NCBI GenBank assembly: GCA_023246195.1
Contig: JAHFIW010000005.1
Location: 1 to 46,874, forward strand
From: a bacterium
GTDB lineage: Bacteria; Patescibacteriota; Patescibacteriia; SG8-24
Length of the DNA stretch: 46,874 nt
Reading direction: 5' to 3'
Made by a program: the position numbers and the translations under genes. Every line of letters starts with the position of its first letter. Position 1 is the first letter of the stretch. A model generated the notes under the pieces. That model had not been told where the DNA came from. It worked only from the letters and a program-made list of their open reading frames with translations, and searched no databases. This document shows, piece by piece, positions 1-9,476 of this stretch.

Positions 1-3000
1 GCACGTACTGGGCCAGCCGGATTTCGTGACGAGCAATAACTGGGGGACTACCACCGCCAGCATTTACAGCACGGACGCGCTCGCTTACGACGCGACGGGC
101 AATCGTCTTTTTGTCACCGACAGTTTCCATAATCGGGTCATGGTGTTCAACGGTGCGGCGATTGCCGATAACATGGCCGCGACGCACGTACTGGGCCAGT
201 CGATTTTTACGAGTTCGTCTCCGAATACGACGCAATCCACGTTGCGCGCCCCGAGCGGCGTGGCCTTTGACGTCGCAAACGAACGGCTGTTCGTGACCGA
301 CGCGAAAAATAACCGCGCGCTCATTTTCCACGTGGCATCCATTGCCGACGGCGATCCGGCCGTACACGTCCTCGGCCAGAAGGATTACGTCTCGTCGTCG
401 AAGGGCGTATTGGGCAATGATCAGACCCATCCAGAGCAGTCCGTGATGGACACGGTGCACCATCGTTTCTTTACCACTGACAACAACGGCCATCGTGTTC
501 TTGAATACGACCTGAAGACCGATAACACTTTCTTGGATCGGGTTCCCGACCACGTCCTTGGTCAGGTGGACATGCTTCCTCATTCTTCCGGAACGACCGC
601 GTCAATCGTGAGCGATCCCATGGGTATCGCTTACGATGCGGCGAGTAACAGGCTGTTCGTCTCTGACTATACGAACAACCGAGTCCTCGAGTTCGACGTC
701 GCCATCATCACTGACGGCATGGCTGCGGCGCATGTCCTCGGCCAGGCGGACTTCATATCGTCCGCGAGCAGCCTCACGCAGACGGGCTTCAACAGCCCGA
801 CGACCCTTTCTTACGATTCCAGCACGTCATACCTGTACGTCACTGACAGCATGAACAACCGCGTGATGGTCTTTGACGTCGCCTCCATCACTGACAATGA
901 GCCCGCCGTCAACGAGCTCGGGGAGTGTGATTCGAATAACGCGGACGCCACGACTTGCGATCCGATTTATACGAAGAATGGCGCGGACAATGCTCCGAAT
1001 CGCACCGGTCTGGCCGGCGCCGGAACGTCAACCATCGACTACGTGCATCACATCATGTGGGTCGCTGATTACGGTAACAATCGCGTCCTCGGCTATAACC
1101 TTACTGCAGGCAATGCGCTTGTCGATTACGTCGCCGACTACGTTCTCGGTCAGCCAGACTTCAACACTAACGTTTTCGGCGTCACTGCAGGCAAGATGAA
1201 TCATCCGTACGGCGTCGCCTATGACCCGACTCACAATTATCTGTTCGTCGGCGATTACGACAACAACCGCGTGCTCGTCTACGACAGCACCTTGATTTCG
1301 GCGATGGGAACACTGGCTACCAAGGTCATCGGCCAGGCGGACTTCATAAGTAGCGCGGCGGCCGTCTCGCAGATCGGGCTTCACCAGCCGACGGGCATCG
1401 CATACGATACGACGCACGGACTCCTGTACGTGGCGGATTCCTATAACAGCCGTGTCCTCGCATACAACATCGCGGGAGGTCTTGCCAACTTCAGTCAGCC
1501 TGCCGTCAAGGCTTTCGGTCAGCCAAGTTATACCAATGGCATAGCGGGCTATTCGCCGTCGGCCATCAACATGAACAGCCCCCGCGATCTCGCCGTCGAC
1601 GCGTCGAATGACCGGTTGTTCGTTTCAGACGGCAACAACGCCCGTGTTTTCGTCTATGACGGAGCCTCGGTGTCGGCGGCATTTTCGGAGCCCGCGGATC
1701 ACGTTCTCGGTCAGGCTAGTCTGACGACGAGTGCCGTAGCTACGCAGGATGCCAGCGGCGTGAACGGCAACGCGGGCCTCACGTACGATTCCACCAACCA
1801 GCGCTTGTACGTGGCGGATTCCACGTTCGCGCGCGTTCTCGTTTTCCATGTGGCTGGTGCGTATGCGAACGACGAAGCTGCCGAGTGGGTGTTGGGCCAA
1901 CCCGACTTCATCACTGTCAACGGGGGCGCATTGACTGCTGCCGCGCTCGTCACTCCGTCCGCGGTATTTTACGACGGCGTCAATGCACGGCTCTTCGTCA
2001 GCCAAGCGAATAACTATAGGATTTTCTCGACGCCGGTGACGGCGAACGGCCAGAGCGCGATAGGTGTCCTCGGCGAAACTGATGCCGACGTTACGGGTTC
2101 GGTCGCTCCTCTTCTGTCGAAGGTCAGCCTGAATAACGATGCTGTCGGTCGCAGGGGCGTGAACAACCCGGAAGGGGTCGCCGTCGATTCGACGCATCAT
2201 CGGCTGTTCGTCAGCGATTACGGCAATAATCGCATACTCGTATTCAACCTTGATTCAGGCAATCATCTCGCGGACCGCGTTGCCGACAACGTGCTCGGCG
2301 TCGCAAGCTTCAATCTCCAGGGCAGCGGTACTGACAGCCAGTCGGGGACACGCGACGCATCAGGCCTTTTCTATGACGGCGTCAGCGATCACCTGTTTGT
2401 CGCGCAGGAACTCGTCAATCGCGTCGTGGAGTTCAACGTTGCGTCCATTACGAATGGCCAAAACGCCATACACGTATTGGGCCAGCCCAACTTCGCCTCT
2501 TCCGGCACCAGCAGCACGCTCAGCGGAATGAGCAGCCCGATCGCCGTCTACTACGACGCGGGTACCGATGCGCTGTTCGTGTCGGATAGCGTCAATAGCC
2601 GACTCCTTGTCTTTGGAGCGACGATTCCTGACGGGCCGGTTGTTACCGGCGTGAGCTCCACGCTCGCTGACGGCACGTATTCGGCAGGCCAGATCGTGCA
2701 CGTGACCGTCACTTTCTCTGAACCCGTCACCGTTACCGGCACGCCGCAGCTCATTCTCGCGACAGGCACTCCCGCGACGACCGCGGTGAACTACGCGAGC
2801 GGTTCCGGCACGTCAGTCCTTACGTTCGATTACACGGTAATTTCCGGCAACTCCTCGTCTGACCTCGATTACTCCGCGACGACTTCGCTCACGCTTAATG
2901 GCGGGGCAATCAACAAGGGGGCGACTCCCGCAGCGCTCGTGCTCGCTGCGCCCGGCGCCGCCGGATCGCTCGGCGCGAATAAGAACATAGTCATCGGCGG

Positions 3001-4108
3001 CGTCGTCGCCAGCAGTGGCGGAACCCAGGTGCCTCTCGTGTCCCTGGTCCAGCCTAACGGCGGGATGCTCACCGGCGGAAGCGTTTACAACGTCATTTGG
3101 TCGGTCGGCGGTAAGGGCATCGTGAGTTCGCGAATCAAACTTTCGACAGACGGCGGCTTGACGTATCCGACGACCATCTCGTCGAATCTCGCTGGCGGAA
3201 CCTATGGCTGGACCGTTCCGATGACGGCAACGTCGACTGCCAGGGTCATGGTTGAGGGCATCCTTGCCGACAGCAGTGTTGGCGCTTCGAGTGAGAGCGG
3301 TAGCAATATCACCATAGTACTTTCTTCGACAGGAGGAGGCGACGGAGGAGAAGGAGGTTCTGTCGGCAGCTCGGCACCTCCGAGTCAGCCTGCCGACCTC
3401 GAGGAGGGCGGCGTGACCTCGCATGACACGCATTTCCGCGATACGGCAAACGCCGCGCTCCCTCCCGGATACTCCGTCGACTCGCTCGTGAAGCTCGCCA
3501 GCGACAATGATCCGAACACGCAGGCGGACTCGGCCGTGTATTACATAGGTTTCGATGCAAAGAGACACTCCTTCCTGAACTCGACCATGTTTCTTACTTG
3601 GTACGGTGATTTCAGTAAGGTGAAGGTCATCGACCAGGCGACTCTTGCGAGCATCCCGCTCGGTGCGCCGATCCTTCTTCGTCCGGCCACGCACTGGGTG
3701 AAGATCGTTTCCGACCCGAAGACGTACTTCATCGAGCCAGGCTACAGGCTCCGCTGGATTAAGGACGAGGCGACGGCGACGGTACTCGGTGGTCCACATT
3801 GGAGCCAAAACGTCATCGACGTTGACCCCTCGTTCTTCACGAATTTCTTGGCTGGCGCGGATATCACGACATCGAGCCTCGCGACGGACTGGCCGCTTGG
3901 CACCGTGGTCAAGGCAAACGGCAATTCGGACATGTATTACGTCACTCCGACTGCCAGAAGGAAGTTCTCGTCGATGGGAGCCTTCGATGAGAACAACTTC
4001 CAGGCTCGCTTCGTCATCACGACGTCATCGGATGCGGCATGGATGCGCAAGCCGCTCGGCGCCGATATCGCCGGTAACGAGAATGCGATTTTCAGCCTGA
4101 TGCATTGA
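1..4108 (+). CDS. Large cell-surface NHL-repeat (beta-propeller) protein with Ig-like domain and C-terminal repeated putative surface-anchoring domain; 5' truncated by window edge
   Basis: Frame is open from base 2 (HVLGQPDF...). Many ~60-aa repeats of the type HVLGQxDF...PxGxAYD...RLFVxDxxNNRV, then Ig-like [17 protein letters not shown]...[16 protein letters not shown], a PNGG domain, a Gly/Ser linker and LVK..AVYY..KR repeats. Confidence 0.85.
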   Translation, partial: HVLGQPDFVTSNNWGTTTASIYSTDALAYDATGNRLFVTDSFHNRVMVFNGAAIADNMAATHVLGQSIFTSSSPNTTQSTLRAPSGVAFDVANERLFVTDAKNNRALIFHVASIADGDPAVHVLGQKDYVSSSKGVLGNDQTHPEQSVMDTVHHRFFTTDNNGHRVLEYDLKTDNTFLDRVPDHVLGQVDMLPHSSGTTASIVSDPMGIAYDAASNRLFVSDYTNNRVLEFDVAIITDGMAAAHVLGQADFISSASSLTQTGFNSPTTLSYDSSTSYLYVTDSMNNRVMVFDVASITDNEPAVNELGECDSNNADATTCDPIYTKNGADNAPNRTGLAGAGTSTIDYVHHIMWVADYGNNRVLGYNLTAGNALVDYVADYVLGQPDFNTNVFGVTAGKMNHPYGVAYDPTHNYLFVGDYDNNRVLVYDSTLISAMGTLATKVIGQADFISSAAAVSQIGLHQPTGIAYDTTHGLLYVADSYNSRVLAYNIAGGLANFSQPAVKAFGQPSYTNGIAGYSPSAINMNSPRDLAVDASNDRLFVSDGNNARVFVYDGASVSAAFSEPADHVLGQASLTTSAVATQDASGVNGNAGLTYDSTNQRLYVADSTFARVLVFHVAGAYANDEAAEWVLGQPDFITVNGGALTAAALVTPSAVFYDGVNARLFVSQANNYRIFSTPVTANGQSAIGVLGETDADVTGSVAPLLSKVSLNNDAVGRRGVNNPEGVAVDSTHHRLFVSDYGNNRILVFNLDSGNHLADRVADNVLGVASFNLQGSGTDSQSGTRDASGLFYDGVSDHLFVAQELVNRVVEFNVASITNGQNAIHVLGQPNFASSGTSSTLSGMSSPIAVYYDAGTDALFVSDSVNSRLLVFGATIPDGPVVTGVSSTLADGTYSAGQIVHVTVTFSEPVTVTGTPQLILATGTPATTAVNYASGSGTSVLTFDYTVISGNSSSDLDYSATTSLTLNGGAINKGATPAALVLAAPGAAGSLGANKNIVIGGVVASSGGTQVPLVSLVQPNGGMLTGGSVYNVIWSVGGKGIVSSRIKLSTDGGLTYPTTISSNLAGGTYGWTVPMTATSTARVMVEGILADSSVGASSESGSNITIVLSSTGGGDGGEGGSVGSSAPPSQPADLEEGGVTSHDTHFRDTANAALPPGYSVDSLVKLASDNDPNTQADSAVYYIGFDAKRHSFLNSTMFLTWYGDFSKVKVIDQATLASIPLGAPILLRPATHWVKIVSDPKTYFIEPGYRLRWIKDEATATVLGGPHWSQNVIDVDPSFFTNFLAGADITTSSLATDWPLGTVVKANGNSDMYYVTPTARRKFSSMGAFDENNFQARFVITTSSDAAWMRKPLGADIAGNENAIFSLMH

Positions 4109-4123
4109 GCATCGGGTGAGGAT

Positions 4124-4157
4124 GAAAAAACGGACCGCATGCGCGGTCCGTTTTTTC
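4124..4157. terminator. Bidirectional intrinsic terminator
   Basis: AAAAAA-CGGACCGC-atgc-GCGGTCCG-TTTTTT between convergent genes. Confidence 0.9.
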
Positions 4158-4172
4158 TAAGTGACGATCGTT

Positions 4173-6098
4173 CTATACTTCAATGATGACCGGCAGGACC
4201 ATGGGCCGTCGTTCCGTTGCTCGGAACAGGAACGATCCCACTTCGTTGCGGATCTTGTTCTTGAGGTAGTCCTCGATGGCCGGAGTGCGCTTGTCGTGAT
4301 CCTTGAGCAGCTTCTTGATGAAGGCTCGCGAGCGCTCAATCAGCTCCTTGTTCTCGCGCATATAGACGAATCCGCGCGAGATGATGTCGGGGGAGCCGAC
4401 GAGATCGCCGGTCTTCTTGTCGATGGTGGCGATCACGACGAAGATGCCGTCACCTGCAAGTTCCACGCGGTCACGCAGCACGACGTCCGAGACGTCACCG
4501 ACGCCGAGGCCGTCGACCATGACATACTCGGTCGGCATCTTCTCCTTGGTGATGCGTCCGCCGGCGTTGGTCCATTCCATGACCTGACCATTGTCAGCCA
4601 CGAAGATGTTTTCTTTGGGGATGCCGACTTCCAGACCGAGCTCCTTGTGCGCTTCGAGCAAAAAGCGGTTGCCGTGGATGGGGATCAGGAACTTGGGTTT
4701 GGTCAGGCGCAGCATCAGCTTGAGGTCTTCCTGCTTGGCGTGACCTCCGGCGTGAATGTCGAGGTTCTTGTAATGATAGACCTTGGCTCCTTGGCGCACC
4801 AATGCGTCCTTGAGAGACTGCACCGAGCGTTCGTTGCCGGGAATCACGGACGAAGAGAACACCAGGCCGTCACCGGGCTGGATCTTGATCTGGCGGTGCT
4901 CGCTGCTGGCGATGCGCATCAGCGCGGCGTTCTTTTCGCCTTGGGCGCCGGTGCAGACCACGACCATTTTTTCGTCCGGCACTCGGGAGAACTCATGCTC
5001 CTCGCAGATGGTGCCGGGCTTGAAGTGCATGTAGCCGAGCGAGTGCGCCAGCTCCACGTTGTTGTTCATGCTGCGACCGGCAATCATCAGGCGCTTACCG
5101 TACTTTTCGCACAACCAGATGATCTGCTGGATGCGGGTGAGCAGCGACGAGAAGGTGCCGATGATGAGACGGCCCTTGTGGTTCTGGAAGATGCGCTCCA
5201 TTTCCTCGCTGACGGCGCGCTCCGAAATCTGGTGGCCGGGGCTTTCGGCGTTGGTGGAGTCCGAGAACAGCGCCAAGGTGCCCTTGATGCCGAACTGCGC
5301 GATGTGCGTGAGGTCGGCCGGCTCGTCGTTGACCGGCGAGAAGTCGAATTTGAAGTCGCCGGTGACGAGGATGGTGCCGTACGGGGTGTGGAAGGCGGCA
5401 CCGAAGGCGTCGGAGATGTTGTGGTTGACGTGGAACGGCTCGAACGTGAAGTGCGTGCCGAGCTGGATCTTGGACTCGGCGTCAATCAGCTGGATCTTGA
5501 GATTGTTGACGTTTCCGAACTCCTCCTGGCGCTTCTTGATGATGCCGGCGGTGAGCGGCGCGGTGAAGATGGTGGGGAATCCCAGACGGCTGATGGTCAG
5601 CGGGATGCCGCCGATGTGGTCCAGATGACCGTGGGTCACCACGATGCCGCGAATGTTCTTTTCGCGCCCCTTGAAAGTGGTGATGTTCGGGATGATGTAG
5701 TCGATGCCCGGCATGCCTTCTTCCGGGAACATCAGGCCGCAGTCGACGATGACGATATCGTCACCGCATTCCAGCACGGTGCAGTTACGGCCGATTTCCT
5801 CCAAACCGCCGAGGGCATAGACCTTGAGCGGGGGAGTACCTTCCGGCGCGACGATTTGCTGCGGACCCGAAATGAGATCCATGCGGCCCGAGGGGCGCAC
5901 GTTCTTCACGGTTTCTTTAGGTGCCGAAAGCGAGCTGCGGTTGCCGTGGCCGTGCTGGGAGTGTCCGTGTCCAGCAGGACGGTGCGCGGTGAGCGGGCGT
6001 GACGGCAGCGGGCGGCGGTTGTTTTGTGCAGGAGCGGCGGCAGGCCTTGCGGCTGCCGGCTGCTCCGACGGCTTCGGAATGGGTTTGTTTTCCGTCAT
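4173..6098 (-). CDS. rnj: Ribonuclease J
   Basis: LGGLEEIGRN, DCGLMFP, THGHLDHIGG, TGDFK, SDSTNA and TGAQGE motifs. The ORF-track extension runs through a tRNA, so the start is set at ATG 6098 (MTENKP). Confidence 0.95.
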   Translation of the reverse strand: MTENKPIPKPSEQPAAARPAAAPAQNNRRPLPSRPLTAHRPAGHGHSQHGHGNRSSLSAPKETVKNVRPSGRMDLISGPQQIVAPEGTPPLKVYALGGLEEIGRNCTVLECGDDIVIVDCGLMFPEEGMPGIDYIIPNITTFKGREKNIRGIVVTHGHLDHIGGIPLTISRLGFPTIFTAPLTAGIIKKRQEEFGNVNNLKIQLIDAESKIQLGTHFTFEPFHVNHNISDAFGAAFHTPYGTILVTGDFKFDFSPVNDEPADLTHIAQFGIKGTLALFSDSTNAESPGHQISERAVSEEMERIFQNHKGRLIIGTFSSLLTRIQQIIWLCEKYGKRLMIAGRSMNNNVELAHSLGYMHFKPGTICEEHEFSRVPDEKMVVVCTGAQGEKNAALMRIASSEHRQIKIQPGDGLVFSSSVIPGNERSVQSLKDALVRQGAKVYHYKNLDIHAGGHAKQEDLKLMLRLTKPKFLIPIHGNRFLLEAHKELGLEVGIPKENIFVADNGQVMEWTNAGGRITKEKMPTEYVMVDGLGVGDVSDVVLRDRVELAGDGIFVVIATIDKKTGDLVGSPDIISRGFVYMRENKELIERSRAFIKKLLKDHDKRTPAIEDYLKNKIRNEVGSFLFRATERRPMVLPVIIEV

Positions 6099-6278
6099 AC
6101 GGAATAGCTTAGATGACCCGAAGTCGGCAAGAAGGCCGCCTCGGGCGAATAAAAATAGGTGGTGTAATTTTCCAGTTGCGCCGGTTTGCCGCCGGAGCGA
6201 GAAGTGGAAAAGTGTGAAGCCGCGAACGCCATGCGCTCGCAACCTCTGCAGCTGGCCACTTCGGCTTGATGACTGTGG

Positions 6279-6365
6279 TGGTGCGGTCGGAGGGACTTGA
6301 ACCCTCATGAGCTTGCGCCCGCTAGCTCCTGAAGCTAGTGCGTCTGCCAGTTTCGCCACGACCGC
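6279..6365 (-). tRNA. tRNA-Leu(CAG)
   Basis: GCGGTCGTGGCGAAACTGGCAGACGC...CTAGC-TTCAGGA-GCTAG, long variable arm, GGTTCAAGTCC, encoded CCA. Confidence 0.96.
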
Positions 6366-6371
6366 ATGTGC

Positions 6372-6444
6372 GGAGTTTGAAGTCCGGAGCTGAGAGTTCA
6401 AAGTCGCGACAACTTGAACTCTACACTCCAAACTCCAAACCTCC
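6372..6444. repeat. Imperfect inverted repeat built of degenerate 7-mer units (TTTGGAG-like)
   Basis: Left arm GGAGTTTGAAGTCCGGAGCTGAGAGTTCAA versus reverse complement of right arm GGAGGTTTGGAGTTTGGAGTGTAGAGTTCAA. Confidence 0.75.
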
Positions 6445-6461
6445 AACTGTCGACTTTCGGA

Positions 6462-8300
6462 TCATTTCCATGCCCGCTTCGTATTTTCGTACCATGAGGT
6501 CACGTCATCGAACCGGTCGGAAGGCATGAAGATGGTTCCCGCCTGCACGCCCTGGACCTTGCGGCCTACTGCGTAGGTGTAGGTGGGGCTGTAGAGCAGA
6601 ATGGCCGGCTCTTCGTCGCTGAGAATGTCTTGGAACTCGCGATATAACGTTTGACGATCGTCGGCATTGGCAGAAATGCGAGCCTTCTCGAGGATCTCGT
6701 CCACTCGGCGGTTGGAGTAGACGGCCAGGTTGAGGCCAGTCGCGTCATTTTGCGAGGAATGCCAGAACGGATACGGATCGGGGTCTGCGCCGATGATTTC
6801 GCCGTAGAGCAGCGCCTCGTATTCGCGCGGACGGATGACGTCTTTTTGAATCTTGGAAGCGGCGACGATGTTCAGGGATGTCTGTACGCCGATGGCATCC
6901 CAGTCATGCTTGATGCGTTCCGCGACGGCGATGTTTTCCTTTGCGTCGACCGTGGTAAGCGTGACGGCTAGCGGCGTCTTTACGGGCTTCTTTTTGTCAT
7001 CGATCGAAGCCTTCTTGCGCACGCCGTCCGTGGAATCGAGCTTCCAGCCTTCCTTGTCGAGTTGCGCGCCGGCGCCGTCGGCGTCGAAGGGATATTTTTT
7101 GACATCGGGATTAAAGCCTACGAAGCCGGCGAGAATAGGACTCCAGACCAGTATGCCGTTATCTCCCAGTGCCTCCTTGAGGACGGTCTCACGATCGATG
7201 GCGCTGGCCAGCGCCTGGCGGACGGCCTTCGACTTGAGGGCGATATTCTTGTTCTGGTTGAAAAACACGCCGGTATATTGCGGCAAACGCAACGTGGTCA
7301 GGCGGATGTTGCGCTGCTTTAAGGCTGCGTCCCGGTACTCTAACGGCAAAAAGCTCATTCCGTCAACCCTGCGGGCCACCAATGCGTCATGTGCGGTGGC
7401 GGCGTCCGCGAAGTATTTGAAGGTGATGGACGACAGGTATGCCACGTTTCCGTAGTAGCTGTCGTTGCGGGTCAGGGTATATGAGAGGATGGCGCCTTTT
7501 TTGTCTTTGGCAAATGACTTGAATTTGAAGGGGCCCGTGCCTATCGGCTTGAGATTGAGCTCGGCTCGCGGTGCGTTTTCCGGCTTGATGTCCTGCCAAA
7601 GATGCTCGGGCACGATGCCGACAGTCAGCATCGAGAGAAATGGCGCGAACGGTTCGGTCAGGGCAAAAACCACGGTCTGGTCGTCGGGAGACGATACGGA
7701 GACATTCTTAAATTGCGCGGCCAACGGACTTTTAAAATCGGGGTTCTTGATGAGGTCGATGGTGTAGACCACGTCCTTTGCGCTGAAGGGCTGGCTGTCG
7801 TGCCAACGTACTCCCGTATGCAGCTTGAAGGTGTAGGTCTTGCCGCCGTCGGTCACGTCATATGAAGAGGCCAAGTCGGGGACAAGTTCACCTTTTGAGG
7901 TGGTCTTCATGAGGCCGGAAAACACCAGCTTTATCAGATCTTGGTCGGTATCGTTATTGGAGGCAAGAATCGGATTGACATAATGCGGAGCGCCCACCGA
8001 CGCTTCCGTGTAGTCGCCGCCAGCTGCAGGCACGGACATGACGTGAGCGTTCCAAAGTTGTGCTCCTAACGCCAAGAGAGCCAGCGCAATGATGCCGCCG
8101 AGAATGCCGATGACCCTTTTTTCCTTGGGGGAAAGAAAGCGCGGCAGGTGTTTGAGTTGTTTGGCCGTCGGGATCTTTTTGTCCGAAAACTGTAATACCA
8201 GCCTCTTGTCGAGGTTGCGGTGGGTATCGGTCGCCGAGGAGCCGGTTGCGCCGCGGAAACGGCCGAAAAACGACGAAATTCGCTCGGAGAATTTTGGCAC
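6462..8300 (-). CDS. ABC transporter solute-binding protein family 5 (peptide/nickel type), N-terminal TM anchor
   Basis: LVFSGL, PDLA, YTFKL...WHD..PFSAKDVVYT, PIGTGPFKF, VRQALASAIDR and DPDPYPFWHSSQ motifs. GTG start chosen downstream of secG. Confidence 0.88.
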   Translation of the reverse strand: MPKFSERISSFFGRFRGATGSSATDTHRNLDKRLVLQFSDKKIPTAKQLKHLPRFLSPKEKRVIGILGGIIALALLALGAQLWNAHVMSVPAAGGDYTEASVGAPHYVNPILASNNDTDQDLIKLVFSGLMKTTSKGELVPDLASSYDVTDGGKTYTFKLHTGVRWHDSQPFSAKDVVYTIDLIKNPDFKSPLAAQFKNVSVSSPDDQTVVFALTEPFAPFLSMLTVGIVPEHLWQDIKPENAPRAELNLKPIGTGPFKFKSFAKDKKGAILSYTLTRNDSYYGNVAYLSSITFKYFADAATAHDALVARRVDGMSFLPLEYRDAALKQRNIRLTTLRLPQYTGVFFNQNKNIALKSKAVRQALASAIDRETVLKEALGDNGILVWSPILAGFVGFNPDVKKYPFDADGAGAQLDKEGWKLDSTDGVRKKASIDDKKKPVKTPLAVTLTTVDAKENIAVAERIKHDWDAIGVQTSLNIVAASKIQKDVIRPREYEALLYGEIIGADPDPYPFWHSSQNDATGLNLAVYSNRRVDEILEKARISANADDRQTLYREFQDILSDEEPAILLYSPTYTYAVGRKVQGVQAGTIFMPSDRFDDVTSWYENTKRAWK

Positions 8301-8323
8301 AGTTTGTTGAGGGGTGCCTGGCC

Positions 8324-8575
8324 TTATGCTTGGGGCACGATGATTGTGGCGAGCGCCACGCAGAGGAAGATGAAGGCGAAGAGGATCGTGGCGCGGAAGA
8401 GCACCTTTTCGACGCCGCGCTTGGTGCGATAGACGTTGCCTTCGCCGCCGAAGGTGTTGCCGAGACCCGTGCCGCGCGATTGCAGCAGGATGGCGATCAT
8501 CAGGAGTATCGAGATGACGATCTGGGCGACGGTGAGGTTGGTCTTCGTGAAAATGCTTGCAAACATGTGTTTCAT
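8324..8575 (-). CDS. secG: Preprotein translocase subunit SecG
   Basis: Two TM helices with ILLQSRGTGLGNTFGG...RGVEKVL. Confidence 0.93.
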   Translation of the reverse strand: MKHMFASIFTKTNLTVAQIVISILLMIAILLQSRGTGLGNTFGGEGNVYRTKRGVEKVLFRATILFAFIFLCVALATIIVPQA

Positions 8576-8649
8576 GGCCCCCTTGCCTCATTAGCGAGGG
8601 CAATAGAAGGGCGGAAAATGCTTCGTTTTCGCTCGAAGCGACTGTCGGC

Positions 8650-8678
8650 AGATTATCATGCGGCTCTTTGCGTGTCAA
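8650..8678 (-). promoter_or_regulatory. sigma70-type promoter of the secG-SBP-tRNA-rnj unit
   Basis: TTGACA-17 nt-TAATCT with TG extension on minus strand. Confidence 0.6.
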
Positions 8679-8710
8679 CGGTTTGGCGTAACTTCTGATA
8701 TACTGTGCCC

Positions 8711-9472
8711 ATGCCTACCTACGATCTGGATATTACTAAGCCGCAACGGGCGGAAAAAAAAGGTGGTTGGGGTTGTGCCTTCGGCGGCTGGGCCGTCTTT
8801 TTGCTTGTCGCGGCCGCGGCACTGTTCATCGGCTATCGCGTCTGGTTCTATTATCAGAAGATCAAGACGGGACAACTGGTGGATCTCCCGCAGTTTGAGA
8901 ACCGTCTTACCTCCGTCAGTAACGGCGGAGCCGCGGCCTCCGCTGCTTCATCGGCGCGGACTGACGTGGAGTTGGACACCGCTGCTTCGCAAGGTCCTGC
9001 TGACGCAAAACTGGTAGTGGTCGAGTTCGCCGACTTCCAGTGCCCCTACTCCAAAGAAGAGGCCCTCGTGGTACGGTCGCTGATGCAAAAGTACGGCGAC
9101 AAGGTCCGCTTTGAATATCGCGATTACCCGCTAAGTGAGATTCATCCCTACGCCATGCAATCCGCAGTGGCAGCACGCTGCGCGCAGGAACAGGGAAAGT
9201 TCTGGGCCTATCACGACAAGCTGTTCGTCAATCAGCCGTCGCTCTCCGACCAGATGCTCACTCAATACGCCGCCGAGGTCGGCATGGACACCAAGCAGTT
9301 CGAGCATTGCTTCACGAGCCAGCTCTACAGGCCGAAGGTCGAGGCTGACCGGGCCACGGCGCAGCGCCTGGGAATCACGGGCACTCCCACCTTCTTCTTC
9401 AACGGCAGTCGGGTGGATGGAGCGGTGCCGATCGACGTTTTCGAGAACTTGATTCAGAAAATGATTAAATAG
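8711..9472 (+). CDS. Membrane-anchored DsbA/thioredoxin-fold protein with CPYS active site
   Basis: N-terminal TM, VVEFADFQCPYS, FEYRDYPL..IHP, QGKFWAYHDKLF, GITGTPTFFFNG. Confidence 0.88.
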   Translation: MPTYDLDITKPQRAEKKGGWGCAFGGWAVFLLVAAAALFIGYRVWFYYQKIKTGQLVDLPQFENRLTSVSNGGAAASAASSARTDVELDTAASQGPADAKLVVVEFADFQCPYSKEEALVVRSLMQKYGDKVRFEYRDYPLSEIHPYAMQSAVAARCAQEQGKFWAYHDKLFVNQPSLSDQMLTQYAAEVGMDTKQFEHCFTSQLYRPKVEADRATAQRLGITGTPTFFFNGSRVDGAVPIDVFENLIQKMIK

Positions 9473-9476
9473 GGCT

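Noticed and set aside
4161-6002. 613-aa plus-strand ORF
   Set aside because: Antisense shadow of rnj; typical of GC-rich codon bias, no independent motifs
6099-6446. N-terminal extension of RNase J in the ORF track
   Set aside because: Runs through tRNA-Leu and the repeat hairpin; true start is ATG 6098
8301-8678. N-terminal extension of the SBP ORF
   Set aside because: Overlaps secG in another frame and begins at the TTG of a -35 box
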